A DNA stretch of 64,000 nucleotides, taken from the NCBI GenBank assembly GCA_946965045.2, contig OX337230.1, positions 124,001 through 188,000 on the forward strand, given 5' to 3'. This document shows, piece by piece, positions 51,995 to 63,364 of the stretch; the stretch's first letter is position 1, and every line of letters begins with the position of its first letter. This DNA comes from Epithemia pelagica (lineage: Eukaryota > Protista > Bacillariophyta). The notes beneath the pieces were generated by a model. The model searched no databases and was not told the origin of the DNA. It saw only the letters and a list, made by a program, of their open reading frames with translations. The translations under genes and the position numbers were made by a program.

Positions 51995-53374
51995 TTAGGA
52001 GGATTCTGATTGGGGGTGGCTACCATCAGCGGAGGATGTTTCGGGCGCCGTCGCGGGAGCCTTGGTAGTCGTCGCAGCAGCCTCTTTGGTGGTTTCGGTA
52101 GTAGGAGACTTAGTGGAACGTTTCTTCGGTTGGATGCCCAAGACCGACTTGACCGACTTGACCGCCACCAAGAGAAGAAACAAGAGGGCAAAGGAATGAG
52201 GAATCCATTGCAGCAAGAGGGGCAAGGAATAGGAAACGCTGTTGTCGTTGTTTTGGAACAAGGGATAGATCCATTGATCGTAGACAATGCACCGGGCAAA
52301 CCACAGCAAGGTGACAGCGGTATGGTAGATGCGACAGGCTCGTTGACACTGTTGTTTCGTCACCAATTGACGCGAATAGAGGTAATACCACAAGAAGCCA
52401 AATTGAATGCAGGCCACGGCAAAGACGGCATCCTTCAATACAAAATCCATGGGGGCCACATTGAGGGTTGCGGCAAGGGGAGTTGCGGTTGCCGAGGCTG
52501 AGGATCCGGACGACGAATAGTCTTGATGCAACAAGGTGTGCAAGCTTCCTTGTCCATGAACCAAGACGGACAGGGCCATGCTCAAGGGGGCACCGCTATA
52601 GACCACCCACACAACCTTGTTATTGGGGACAATCAAGAGGGTTTGATAAATTCCCAGGGCAACGACACTCCATGCCACGACCGTCGACACCCAGTACTCG
52701 GTTTCGGGCGACAACAACAACGTCGTCTGGTTGTTGGACTTGGAAGAATAATACAAGGTATACCAGAGCAGGGGATAAATGGATTTGATCATCGGTGCCA
52801 AGACACCTCGTCCTTGATTGGCTTGTTGGACGACATGGGCCGATTTGCCCAATTCTTGAGCCGATGTGGTGGTCAATCGCCACGATTGCACCTTGTTCCA
52901 AAAGGGCAAGAGCGTGGCACCGGACAAGAAGGTACAGACAAAGCACGTGACGTACAAGGCTTGCTCCAGACGGTCCAAGGAGTAGGGTTGATCCGGATGA
53001 TCATGATGACGATGATTGGATTGCACCAGTTGCCACAGAAACAAGACATTGGACAAGAACAAACTGGACAGAGAAGTAATGCCATGGACGGCTCCATGAA
53101 TGGTCCGAACGTAGCGTACTGGTACAAGACCCAAGAACAATTCTTTGGCGTCTTGTTGTGGTGGTTTTGACTTTACAGAAGCACTGTCTTGGTCGTCCTT
53201 GGTCGATGCGGACGCAGATGCTGTATCGCTCCTTGTCTGAATCTCGTCCTGTTCCTCATTTGTAATCTTCAAGGATAATCTCAGTGTCTTGCTGGAACGA
53301 ACTTGTTCTTGTGGAACGGATGGCAAAGATGCATCCTTGGGGGTGACAGCGGTGGCGGTGGTGACGGTTGCCAT
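51995..53374 (-). CDS. Multi-pass membrane protein of unknown function
   Basis: 459-aa ORF with about 7-8 hydrophobic segments and low-complexity termini. Confidence 0.75.
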   Translation of the reverse strand: MATVTTATAVTPKDASLPSVPQEQVRSSKTLRLSLKITNEEQDEIQTRSDTASASASTKDDQDSASVKSKPPQQDAKELFLGLVPVRYVRTIHGAVHGITSLSSLFLSNVLFLWQLVQSNHRHHDHPDQPYSLDRLEQALYVTCFVCTFLSGATLLPFWNKVQSWRLTTTSAQELGKSAHVVQQANQGRGVLAPMIKSIYPLLWYTLYYSSKSNNQTTLLLSPETEYWVSTVVAWSVVALGIYQTLLIVPNNKVVWVVYSGAPLSMALSVLVHGQGSLHTLLHQDYSSSGSSASATATPLAATLNVAPMDFVLKDAVFAVACIQFGFLWYYLYSRQLVTKQQCQRACRIYHTAVTLLWFARCIVYDQWIYPLFQNNDNSVSYSLPLLLQWIPHSFALLFLLLVAVKSVKSVLGIQPKKRSTKSPTTETTKEAAATTTKAPATAPETSSADGSHPQSESS

Positions 53375-53810
53375 GATATGTTGAATAAGAAAGAGAAAGG
53401 TGTTTGATAGAAATCAAGAATGTTGGTGATTCTTTTTATGACAGGAAGAGAGCTGCCACTTTTTCATGGTTTGCTCTGTGCAGGGTTTGCCATGGCATGT
53501 CTTGCCGTTGGACGTTGTCGTCTCTTTTTTTGTCGCGGTGCAACGATACCATCTCGCTGTGCAGTTTTCTGCGGCATGTCTTGGCTTTTGGTTGAAGCTA
53601 CGAGAATTGTGATTGGCTGTGCACTGTTGTGTTCTCCGCGCAGACGCCAGTTACTGGTCGCTCTTGAGTCATCTTCGGAAGTCCATTACCTCAACACATA
53701 GAGTTTTTTGTTCCTACGGATATCTAGCATCTAGCTACTCCTACTCCATAGTCCTAGCTAGGAGACGAGAGAGTATTCGAAGTATTGCACAACTATATAG
53801 TATATAAGAA

Positions 53811-56800
53811 TTACACAATCGTCCTTCGTAACGAGGAGGACGACAATCGTTTGGTCGGATTCGTAGTAGTCGTTTGGGACCGCTGCTGCTTCTTGTTGTT
53901 TTGTTGGTGTTGTTGTTGGTCCCACAAGAGGAGCGAGGAGTCTTCACTGTTGGGGGTCGATGTCACGGACGACGCTCGGAGCAAGGACGAAGTCGACGAT
54001 GGGACACCTCGACCGCCTGGAAGAAGGAGGGGAGAGGATTCCTCGGGAAACGAAGCAGGACTGGGATACCACAAGGGTGTGGCATGGGCCGTGTGGGTGG
54101 CCCCGAGGGACAGGGGCGAAGGAGTTTGTTCTTCTTCCCAGTCGTTGGTTTCCGTCGTGGTCAAGGTGGTTCGTTGGGGAGCGCCAACGGCATTGGTGGT
54201 TGGGTTGGACGCATGATGGTTGCCCAGGGGGAACAAAAAGACGGCCGGGGTTCCACCCGTACTGCCATTCCAACTCCGTTCACTAAAGGGTGTAATATAG
54301 AGACTGTCCCCGTCGGAAAAGTGTGATGATCGCGTCGTGGAAGACGGTTGTTCGTTGGGTGGATACGGAGCATGTGTTGGAGAGGTGACTCCCGTCGTTC
54401 GTTTGCGCAAGGACTTTTCTCGTCGCGACACAAAGCCAAACCGTCCCGTGACAAAGGATATCGATTCGGACGTGGATGGTTTGGTTCGTGACAAACTGGG
54501 TTGTTGGACCTTGAGGGATGGTCTCCTGGCATGATTGACAACGCCGTTGTTGTTGTTCTGGAGGGCGCGGGGTCGAGAAGAAATGACTTGAAAGGGCATG
54601 CGCTTCTTCTTTTTCCGTTTGGCCTTGTCGACAGCTTTGCTGTTGGATTTTCGTTTGCTGGGACTTGTTGTTGTTGTGGAGGATGGTAGTGGCAAACTGT
54701 TTTCCGAATCATTCAGAGCTGCGACATGACTACTACTACTATTGGTATGATGCGTGGCTTTGGAAGTGGGACTGTCCAACGGCATGTACCCGGAATCTCC
54801 CGACGCCACGGAGCTTGCAGTCCCAAACACGGGTGAGGATAGCGAGGCTAGATAGGAAAGTGACAGCCTTCGTTCCTGCCGGGTATTACTCGTAGTATCC
54901 ACAAATGGAGCCACAAACCCCTCTGTGGCTCCCAACTGGGATCGAGCGTTTCGTCTCCACGGTCTTCGCTTCCTTCCAAAGGGTCCTTTGGCTTCGGGTG
55001 CTTCTTGTTCCTCCTCTTGATTCCACGTGCGTGTGGACCAACCCGAGACAAACGAGTCATCCAACAGGGATCCAAGCTTGTCGGGACTTGGTTCCAAGGA
55101 TGCAGAGGACAGGGACTCGGTGGCAGCAATGGTTGGAATCCATGGCACGTTGTCCTTCTGGTCGGAATGGCCTCGCTGGATGCGACGCCACCAGTGTTGA
55201 ATCTGCAGTGCCGCGGCAATTTTTCGTTCGTTGCGACGCCGTCGTCTCTGGGCACCCCGCCAGGCCGATTGAACAACTTGCAGGTCCGGTGGGAAGGACA
55301 CTCGGGGACGAGTCGTCTTTTTGACGGGAGTCTCGAGAGTCAACACTACAGACGGTGATTCCACAGCTGGTTTCGTTTGCATGGGACGACGGGCCCGCCA
55401 CCAGGAACCAATCACATGGGCCGCGAGACGCCATTGAGAAAACCTCTGACGACAACAGTATCCTCGCCATTGGGATTGGATCAAAGACGCGCTCTTGGAG
55501 TGGAGTGGTTGGTATGCGGGGCCCTTGGGAAGCAGACACTCGTTTCCCACACTTTGACGTCCCATGAATTCTCGCCAGTGTTTCTGGATCAACAAGACGG
55601 AATGGTTTGCACGAACCAGGGTTTGCAGGCACTGGTGCCGTCGATACCAAGACTGAATTCGAACAATGGACTGGATTTTGAATCGTAAAACACGACGGCA
55701 TTCCTGGACCTGCGCATGTTGTTCGTGATTTTCTTTTGGTCGATGACCCTTTTGGTACAGTCTCCATGCCCTCTGAATGGTGGTAGCGGATTGACACGCT
55801 GTGTGAAAGCTTCCGCGAATAAAGACTCTCCATCGTTCTGGTTGAGTGGTCGTTCGTCTCGACACGGTGGAACGCCTGCTGTATGTAGAAGATCGATGTT
55901 TCCGCGGGACATGTATATAGTCCAGACTCAATCGATGCTGTCGGCTGTGTTCTGGTAGATGGTGTTGTTGCTGGTATTCTTCCAATAGTCGATTGGCCGC
56001 CGAGACGACTCGTCGGCGTGTCTTTTTGTGCACCAATCGTGGTGGCGATGTGACCACCACTGACGGAGGCGGCGTCTGCTGCGATCTCAGCTGCTGGCGT
56101 TTGTGAGAACGCATCACAAAGTCACTTGGCGAGACACTGGCAGCATTGCGTGTCTCATCCTCGGCCGACAAAAAGTATCGGGGAGACGCTACCGTTGACG
56201 AAAACAATCCAGATTCATCCTGTGACAACCGGGACATGGACAGCGAAGCGGCGGATGCCTTGGCTCGATAGACACGCTGCAAGGAAACAACCGCACGTTT
56301 GAACCGTTGATAGCGAGACGAGGTTCGCCATTGACGCCACAGAGTTTGAACGACCAAGGCTAACGTTTGTCGCAACAAAAGCTTGGCAACAATGGTCATG
56401 GAGTGGATTCGATACATCTGTTGCAAGGCAATGACAGCTCCTCGCAAACGGTGGAATCGTAAAAGCTGATGCCATGCGCGCCACTGCGACTGAACGATCA
56501 CGGCGGAAAGGTTTCGTTGCTCCATTCGGACTCGGTACATGCCTTGGAAGAGTAAAACGCCGTTTCTCACACTTTGGTAGCGACAAGACTCTAGTCTTTG
56601 ACGCCACTTGGCTTGGATCATGACTGAAGAGGCGTATTGTTTCAAGGACTTGGCATGTGTTCGGATTCGGTGGATGCGTTGCAGAGCAATCACGGCGCTT
56701 CGGACCTGTTGATAGTGAGACGAGGCGTGCTGCTGACGCCAAACTTTCTGAATCGCCATTGCCGAGTTGTTCTTATGCATCGCCAAGGAGCGAATACGAT

Positions 56801-59210
56801 GCCTTTGTTGAAGGACCAGGATGGAGCGTTGGAACCGTTGGAACCGCGAGGACGCTTGCCATTGACGCCACCAAGGCTGAACCGTTTGTGCCGCATTCTG
56901 CTGGTGCACCAGCATGGCGACAGTAGCCATGTTGACTCGATGACGTTGTTGCAAACAAAGGACGGCTCGTTTCAAGCGTTGGAATTTCAAAGAGGCTGTC
57001 CACCGACGCCACATGGTTTGAAGAATCAATGCAAGCGTTTGTTGCAACAACTCCTTGGCTTCCCTTCTCATGGAGTGGATTCGATACAGTTGTTGCACGA
57101 CAATACTGGAATGTAGGAGCCGATGGTACCGAGACGCGGCTTGCCAGTGCCGCCAGTGGGATTGAATCTTGACAATTGCCTGCCTCTGCGACCCAAATGA
57201 AGCGGACCATTGCTTGGATCGATACCGACTCTGCAAGGTAACAATGGCTTGTTTCACACGTTGGTAGTGTGCAACGGCGTGCCATTGACGCCAGGACGAT
57301 TGAATCCAAATTACCGCCTTTCGTTGCAACCTCCACTGTGCGACAGCCCGTTTGGAGCGATGAATGGTCTGCAGTACCAGGACGGCCTGTTTCATTTGAT
57401 GAAACTGTGAGAATGCATACCATTGCCGCCATTTGGATTGCAGGATCAACGCCGCGTCTTGTTGTTGTCGAACCTGACGTGTGGCGAGTTTGGATCGATG
57501 CCGGGTTTGCAACACCACGACAGCGCGCTTCCATTGTTGGAAGCGCGAGCATGTGTGCCAGTGTCGCCATTTCGATTGAATCGTCACGGCTGCCGCGTCA
57601 TGTTGTTGTTGCCGTCGGAACTGAGCATTGGCATGATTGGATCGATGCCAACGTTGCAGGACCATCACGGAACGTTTCAAGGCTTGGAACTGTGTGTAGT
57701 TGTGCCAGTGCCGCCACTTGGCTTGAAGTAAACGGGCCGACGCTAACTTTTGTTGACAGTGGTTCAAAGCCGTCGTGCATCGATGTCGACTCTGCAGCGC
57801 AATCATGCCGTGCTTCAACTGTTGGTACCCCCGGCAAGTATACCAGTGCCGCCATGTGGATTGTATCAAAATGATGGCGCCGTGCTGCAATCGGAAATGA
57901 TGAGAACGAACAAGGTGGGATCGATACCAGCGCTGCAGAGTTGTAACGCCCCGTTTCAAGGCTTGATAGCGTTGGGTCGCAGTCCATTGGCGCCAACGGG
58001 TTTGGAGGATCAAGACCAAGGTCTGTTGCACCAACGTTTGAGCCTCGCGGTGGAGGCAATACAGACGGTATCGACGTTGCACCGTGACCAGGGCTTGTCG
58101 AACCTGGATCCATTGATTCCGGTCTTGCCAGGATCGCCAGTTGGATTGAATGCAAATGGCCGCCCTTGTAACCTGTTGTTGTTGTTTTCGTTGTTGTTGT
58201 TGCACCAATCGATGTCGCCGTTGCAGTACCACGACGGCTCGTTTCAAGTGTTGATAGCGTCGTGTGGCCTGCCATTGGCGCCACAGCGTTTGCACGACCA
58301 AGACCAAGGTTTGCTTTAAGAGTTGTTTGGCAGTTTGGAGCATGACATGAATGCGATACCACTGTTGAATTGCCCGCACCGCCCGACGCTGTTCTTGAAA
58401 TTCCGTACAAGCCTGCCATTGACGCCACCAGGTTTGAATCACAATGGCACTTTGATCGATTGGTGTTGGACGACAAGTCGTGGTTGTCGTTGTCGTTGTC
58501 GTCCGAGAGGAGGGCCATTGCTCTGGAGTTGCAGCTGGACGGTCCTTCGTTGTTACCAATTGGTTGGTACAGGACTCCTCCTCCTTTTCTTTCATGGTCG
58601 GCGATTCATACTCGTCTTTCCGTTCTTGTTGTAGTACAAGAGGGGATGTCGGTGGTGCTTTTGATACTACAGAGTCCTTTGGAATCCCCACGCGACCCAC
58701 GACAGAGGAGGAAGAGGATTGTCTCCTTGATTGCCTGTCGTTCTGGGAGAGTGTTGTAATGGTGGTGGTATCCTGGTCCTCCGTATCATTCGTACCATGG
58801 TCGTCTTGTCTCCTTTCTTCCGTGTCGAACAGCAATGGTGGTACTGGCAATGATTGTGACAAGGATGATGATGCGGGAGAGGATTGTGGTTCCACGAGAA
58901 TACTGGATTCGTCGTAGCAGCTGGCCGAACAGGAATCATCCTGGTCCTCCAACAATAAAGGCATGGAGGGTTGGGTACGGCGACGGCCTCGTTCTCCTCG
59001 TTCTCGACGACGAGACCAGGACCACCAGGACCGTGTTGTGGTAGTTGTGGTGGTTGTTTGTGAGGAGGAGTTGGATGATGCTTCGGTCTGAGATTTCGCC
59101 AGATTGGGGTTGTCATATTCGTCATGGTCATGGTCATGGTCCAAGAGTGACGCGGCTGCGGCTGCTTGACGGTATTTGGTAACGAAAAATGAAGAAGTTG
59201 CTCGCATCAT
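53811..59210 (-). CDS. Large IQ-motif repeat protein (ASPM-like IQ array, no CH domain seen)
   Basis: Dozens of (I/L/V)QxxWR and LQxxHR motifs in the central region, with S/T-rich termini. Likely start MMRA at 59210. Confidence 0.85.
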   Translation of the reverse strand: MMRATSSFFVTKYRQAAAAASLLDHDHDHDEYDNPNLAKSQTEASSNSSSQTTTTTTTTRSWWSWSRRRERGERGRRRTQPSMPLLLEDQDDSCSASCYDESSILVEPQSSPASSSLSQSLPVPPLLFDTEERRQDDHGTNDTEDQDTTTITTLSQNDRQSRRQSSSSSVVGRVGIPKDSVVSKAPPTSPLVLQQERKDEYESPTMKEKEEESCTNQLVTTKDRPAATPEQWPSSRTTTTTTTTTCRPTPIDQSAIVIQTWWRQWQACTEFQEQRRAVRAIQQWYRIHVMLQTAKQLLKQTLVLVVQTLWRQWQATRRYQHLKRAVVVLQRRHRLVQQQQRKQQQQVTRAAICIQSNWRSWQDRNQWIQVRQALVTVQRRYRLYCLHREAQTLVQQTLVLILQTRWRQWTATQRYQALKRGVTTLQRWYRSHLVRSHHFRLQHGAIILIQSTWRHWYTCRGYQQLKHGMIALQSRHRCTTALNHCQQKLASARLLQAKWRHWHNYTQFQALKRSVMVLQRWHRSNHANAQFRRQQQHDAAAVTIQSKWRHWHTCSRFQQWKRAVVVLQTRHRSKLATRQVRQQQDAALILQSKWRQWYAFSQFHQMKQAVLVLQTIHRSKRAVAQWRLQRKAVIWIQSSWRQWHAVAHYQRVKQAIVTLQSRYRSKQWSASFGSQRQAIVKIQSHWRHWQAASRYHRLLHSSIVVQQLYRIHSMRREAKELLQQTLALILQTMWRRWTASLKFQRLKRAVLCLQQRHRVNMATVAMLVHQQNAAQTVQPWWRQWQASSRFQRFQRSILVLQQRHRIRSLAMHKNNSAMAIQKVWRQQHASSHYQQVRSAVIALQRIHRIRTHAKSLKQYASSVMIQAKWRQRLESCRYQSVRNGVLLFQGMYRVRMEQRNLSAVIVQSQWRAWHQLLRFHRLRGAVIALQQMYRIHSMTIVAKLLLRQTLALVVQTLWRQWRTSSRYQRFKRAVVSLQRVYRAKASAASLSMSRLSQDESGLFSSTVASPRYFLSAEDETRNAASVSPSDFVMRSHKRQQLRSQQTPPPSVVVTSPPRLVHKKTRRRVVSAANRLLEEYQQQHHLPEHSRQHRLSLDYIHVPRKHRSSTYSRRSTVSRRTTTQPERWRVFIRGSFHTACQSATTIQRAWRLYQKGHRPKENHEQHAQVQECRRVLRFKIQSIVRIQSWYRRHQCLQTLVRANHSVLLIQKHWREFMGRQSVGNECLLPKGPAYQPLHSKSASLIQSQWRGYCCRQRFSQWRLAAHVIGSWWRARRPMQTKPAVESPSVVLTLETPVKKTTRPRVSFPPDLQVVQSAWRGAQRRRRRNERKIAAALQIQHWWRRIQRGHSDQKDNVPWIPTIAATESLSSASLEPSPDKLGSLLDDSFVSGWSTRTWNQEEEQEAPEAKGPFGRKRRPWRRNARSQLGATEGFVAPFVDTTSNTRQERRLSLSYLASLSSPVFGTASSVASGDSGYMPLDSPTSKATHHTNSSSSHVAALNDSENSLPLPSSTTTTSPSKRKSNSKAVDKAKRKKKKRMPFQVISSRPRALQNNNNGVVNHARRPSLKVQQPSLSRTKPSTSESISFVTGRFGFVSRREKSLRKRTTGVTSPTHAPYPPNEQPSSTTRSSHFSDGDSLYITPFSERSWNGSTGGTPAVFLFPLGNHHASNPTTNAVGAPQRTTLTTTETNDWEEEQTPSPLSLGATHTAHATPLWYPSPASFPEESSPLLLPGGRGVPSSTSSLLRASSVTSTPNSEDSSLLLWDQQQHQQNNKKQQRSQTTTTNPTKRLSSSSLRRTIV

Positions 59211-60849
59211 GGCATTCCAACAATTGGTCCACATTCACCGATAATGACTTGATGAAACTGGTGGTTGGTTGGAAACGAATAGGCCCTTGTGGATTCGGTT
59301 GTAGGTAGTATCGTTTTGGTGGTTGGTGGTAGCTGGATTGGTCTCGAGGCGAAGGGAAGACAACCGAGACTTGACCAATCGGTAGCACAACAAAAGACGA
59401 TTGACTGAAACTGGTATAACAAAGAGAGGAAACAACAGACCACGAAAGAACCAGGTGCTCGACTTGTTGTTGTTGTTCTTGTTGTTTTCGTAGGAGTGCT
59501 GTTGTTGTTGTTGTTGTTTCCGACTACCAACGGTTCCGCCACACGCTCTCTCTTCAGACGACTGGGTATATATGAGAAACACTGTGGAGAAGAACAAGAG
59601 TCACTAGACTAGCTCACAAGAGAAAATGACTCTGGTGTGTGGTGTTGTTGTTGCCGGACCGTCTTGTGTGAGAGTGCCACAAGAGAGGAGACGCACTTCT
59701 CTTGTGTCCACCAAACGCACGACTGTTTTCCCAGGTTTACACCCACACAGACACAGGGAGTTGTGCAAATGATGATAGCGAGATCTCTTCTTGTTCTCTT
59801 CTCTCTCTTTGCTTTTCTCTCTCACTTGGTCTCGGATGGTAGCCCCGGGCACACAGTCATTGTTGTTGTCCCTGTATCTGTGTCTCCCCATATGTTCCCT
59901 GAGTCTTCACCCGGCGCGAACGTCTTCCGAACCAACGGTAGAGGCACATTACTTAGAATGTACCGCTGGAAGGAGCTTGGCAGACGCGCAAAGCTCGGAA
60001 CTCTCAAATTCAGTTTGAAACACTGGACCAACGGCGCAAGCGCCAGCCGGACGATCCGCAATCATGGAATGATTTGGCCCGGTTCCCAGTTCGTGTTCGT
60101 CCGACGTATGGTTGTTATGGATCGGCCTTCCCAAGAAACTTCTTGGCTACCGAGAAGTTGGTAGGTTGTGTAAAAATCTGGTAGAGCTCATAAAATAATT
60201 ATCTTTTCAGTACTCAGTATCAATTATTGGTACGCATAGTCAATTTGGTAGAGATGCACCCATTCAAGTTGTCCTTGAGTTAAACTGGGAATGCCCGTCC
60301 GAGCTAGCTATTGCCCGCCGAGGAGTCAATAGCCCCGACAAGTGCCCCCACGACCAGGAGGGGATGTCGCTTGCTTCTATAACCTCCGAGTCCCACCTAA
60401 TTAACTGTCACACTTTTTTCCCAGGACTGTTTTTTTTGCTCCGCACTAGCTTTTTTCGCTCCGCACTTGCTCGCGTATGAGAGCGCGGCCGTCGTGGGCA
60501 ATATAAGGCTATATTAGACGAAAATCCTACTTCCATTCCGAGGAGCCATAGTAGACAAAGACTCCCATACCATCACAAAGCTCCCCCCATTACTCATACT
60601 TCCGCAACAACAGACATATAATATTGTCATCACTGTTAAAGAGCAATCAAAGACAAGCATCGATCAGAACCGCTTCTGTTTCTGTTGCTTTGCTATGGAC
60701 GTTACAAGAAAGCAGTCGTTTGGTATTCAAGATCCATCACATTTTGCATTTCAAACCAATCATCGTTTGACCTGCATCAAGCTCATTATCTCAGATCACG
60801 TTCATATTCATTCCATTCGCGCATCACAACAATACAATAGTTGTCAATC

Positions 60850-61755
60850 ATGGGAGCAGTAACTGAAACATCAAGAATCGCCGTGGAGACGGAAGGAGGA
60901 TTTGATATTGTCATTATACACAGCCGCTCAGATGACTCGGGCATGTCAGGCAACCATTCTTCGGATGAAGATTCCGCCATTGAAACCACGATTATATTGA
61001 GACGGGATAGCGTGGAGGAAATCAAGGATGACACGAGCAGTCACTGCTCTTCAGAGATCGACTTGACGAAACATTTCCAACAAAAGCAATTTCTCTATGA
61101 TATCAATCAAGTTGTCCGAACAGACTCCAGTGAATCCGAAGACTCTTCAGATGATGAGGATGAGGAAGTGGCTCATTCATTGAGGCCTATTCCCTTTCGG
61201 ACTTTCCCTTCCAAGTCATGTCTAAAGAAGACTTGTGCATACCCGACGCCTACAAGAACGAAGAAGGTTTGCTATGATTCCATTACAGTCCATTACCATG
61301 CCGTGGGATTGGGTGACAGTCCATCAGTATCGAAAGGCCCTCCACTTGCCATGACGTGGAACAAGCTCGCTACTGAGGTCTTCTGCAGCCTGGAAAAGTA
61401 CGAGGCCCAGCGACCAGAACTCCGGGGGAAGAAGAAGATGCGGCTTCGTTCTCTACGCCGTGAAAAGGTGCTCTTGAGAGCTGGCGTGAAAGTGGATGAA
61501 ATCCGGCTGTGCGTTGCAATGGTAGAGAGGTTGAAACGGGAACAAGAAGACAACGTAAAAGATGACGTGAAGGAACGAACAAGACCAACAAGACGATCCT
61601 CCTTTGAAAAAAATCGATCTCGTCGAAATGGAACCGTCCTTTGTGGCAACATGAACGAAGGAGCGCCGCGACCGGAGTCATCACTGAGCAGTTCGCTTGA
61701 ATTGCTTTGGCTCGACTGGATATGCGCCTCCAGTGCAAATCAAACTACCAAGTGA
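60850..61755 (+). CDS. Uncharacterised protein with SCLKK, KKVCY and GDSPSVSKGPPL motifs (candidate PP1-docking protein)
   Basis: Acidic N-terminus, a motif block recalling the widespread diatom GDNPSVSxGPP family (from memory, unverified), and a C-terminal charged helix. Confidence 0.7.
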   Translation: MGAVTETSRIAVETEGGFDIVIIHSRSDDSGMSGNHSSDEDSAIETTIILRRDSVEEIKDDTSSHCSSEIDLTKHFQQKQFLYDINQVVRTDSSESEDSSDDEDEEVAHSLRPIPFRTFPSKSCLKKTCAYPTPTRTKKVCYDSITVHYHAVGLGDSPSVSKGPPLAMTWNKLATEVFCSLEKYEAQRPELRGKKKMRLRSLRREKVLLRAGVKVDEIRLCVAMVERLKREQEDNVKDDVKERTRPTRRSSFEKNRSRRNGTVLCGNMNEGAPRPESSLSSSLELLWLDWICASSANQTTK

Positions 61756-62414
61756 ACATTCCTAGATAACGATGACCAACCAACAAACACAGTGCTGGTT
61801 AGTTCAAAGTTAATCCAGACGTTTTGGTACATAAAAGCTATTCATATAATAGAGCATATTGATCTAACCTCTTGTTTACTCCTGGTACTGGTTAGTATAA
61901 GACCGAAGGTTATTGTATATCAAGCTGTCTATCAGCACCCTTCTTTCAAAGGACAGGTTAGGAGCGTTTGTATATCATGCTCTTCGGCGAACAGACAAGG
62001 TTCTACACATATTTTAACTAGCGACGGAAACCATTCCAACGACGTTGTCATCATCATTTGTAAGCTCCTCACATGACTATCACAAGAAACCACCTCTTCG
62101 AAGGGGGCGCGCTCGGGTTGGCCCATTGCCGCGTGCAGAGATGCCCCCATCAATCTTCCAAATTGTTTATGTGAATAAAAGGGAACCCGAAAGATTGTCC
62201 TTTTCTCCAACAGATAGAGAGAATAAAAAAGATTGTAGATATTGTGCGTGTTGGAAACAAACATGCACTACACAATCATCCAGCCAAAGCAAGTTCTCTT
62301 GAACTTGTTTCGATCTACCAAAGCATAGAAAATAGAAACGAGCTCTCTTGTTTTTGCTCCAACAAACAAACATTGACAACAACACCAAACGAGCAGACAC
62401 AAGACAATTACACA

Positions 62415-63364
62415 ATGGGAAATGGTATGGTCAAGGATTTTCGTCAGTTGCCCTTGGGCCATGGCAGTTTGGATCCCCAACTGCAATGCTTGGGCAAAAA
62501 CAGCAGCACGATACTGGATCGTCCCATGACCATTTTGGTACGACGCGACGAACAACGCAACTCCATCATTTACTTTGAAGAATCCACCATGACACCCTTG
62601 TTGATTACAACACTCAAAAAGAGCAAGAAGACGAACAACAAGAACAAGCAGGATTCTTCTTCTTTTGGTGCGTATCAAGTCACCAAGGACGCCAAGGGTC
62701 GTCCCCTCTTTTTGACCCTCTCCGCGACAAGCAGTAGTCAACACCAGCAGCAACCCGGCCGACACAAGCACCTCATTTTCCGAGCGCCGTCCGACTTGCA
62801 GCAACATTCTTCGGCTGCTTCTTCCAACAGGTCCTTGTCGTCGTCATCCGCATCATCGCTCTCTCAATCGTGGACCAGCATGGAAGGCGATTCCCAACAT
62901 TCCAACTCCTCAATTGGGTCCCTTCAATCGGCTTCCTCCCGATTGGCCCAATACTATCAAGTAGCGGGCGGTCTCCTGGATGCATCTAGCAGTCATGGCA
63001 GCACTTGTAGTACGTCTCGTTCGTCCCGTGACGCTGCCTCGGTGGCTTGTGCCGCCCTTTGGATGTGGAACGGACCGTGGGTTCCATGACACGAGCCTTT
63101 TGACAAGTCGTCGTCTGGACGGGCAAGGGGCCACAAGTGCGGAGCTTGTACAAGGCGGTGCAAATTCCGCAAGTGACATATGGTGCCGTGGTCTTGCAAG
63201 AATCCTCCTCCTCCGGCAACAATACTACCAATGGCAGTACTATGGTGGTGGTGGCCAAAACCATGCTCGATGAACAACGCATGCAACCCATGATTCAAGT
63301 CGCCGCGGGAACCGATTTGGCTGCCATTGTCACCGTGGCCTCGGCCGTATGGGGAGAATGGTAA
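62415..63364 (+). CDS. Uncharacterised protein, possibly tubby/LURP-like, with an MGN start (possible myristoylation); needs one intron or frameshift near 63010-63137
   Basis: ORF 62415-63089 and a protein-like C-terminal ORF in another frame (YKAVQIPQVTYGAVVL...MQPMIQVAAGTDLAAIVTVASAV). A GT at 63010 joined to an AG at 63107 or 63137 restores the frame. Confidence 0.55.
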
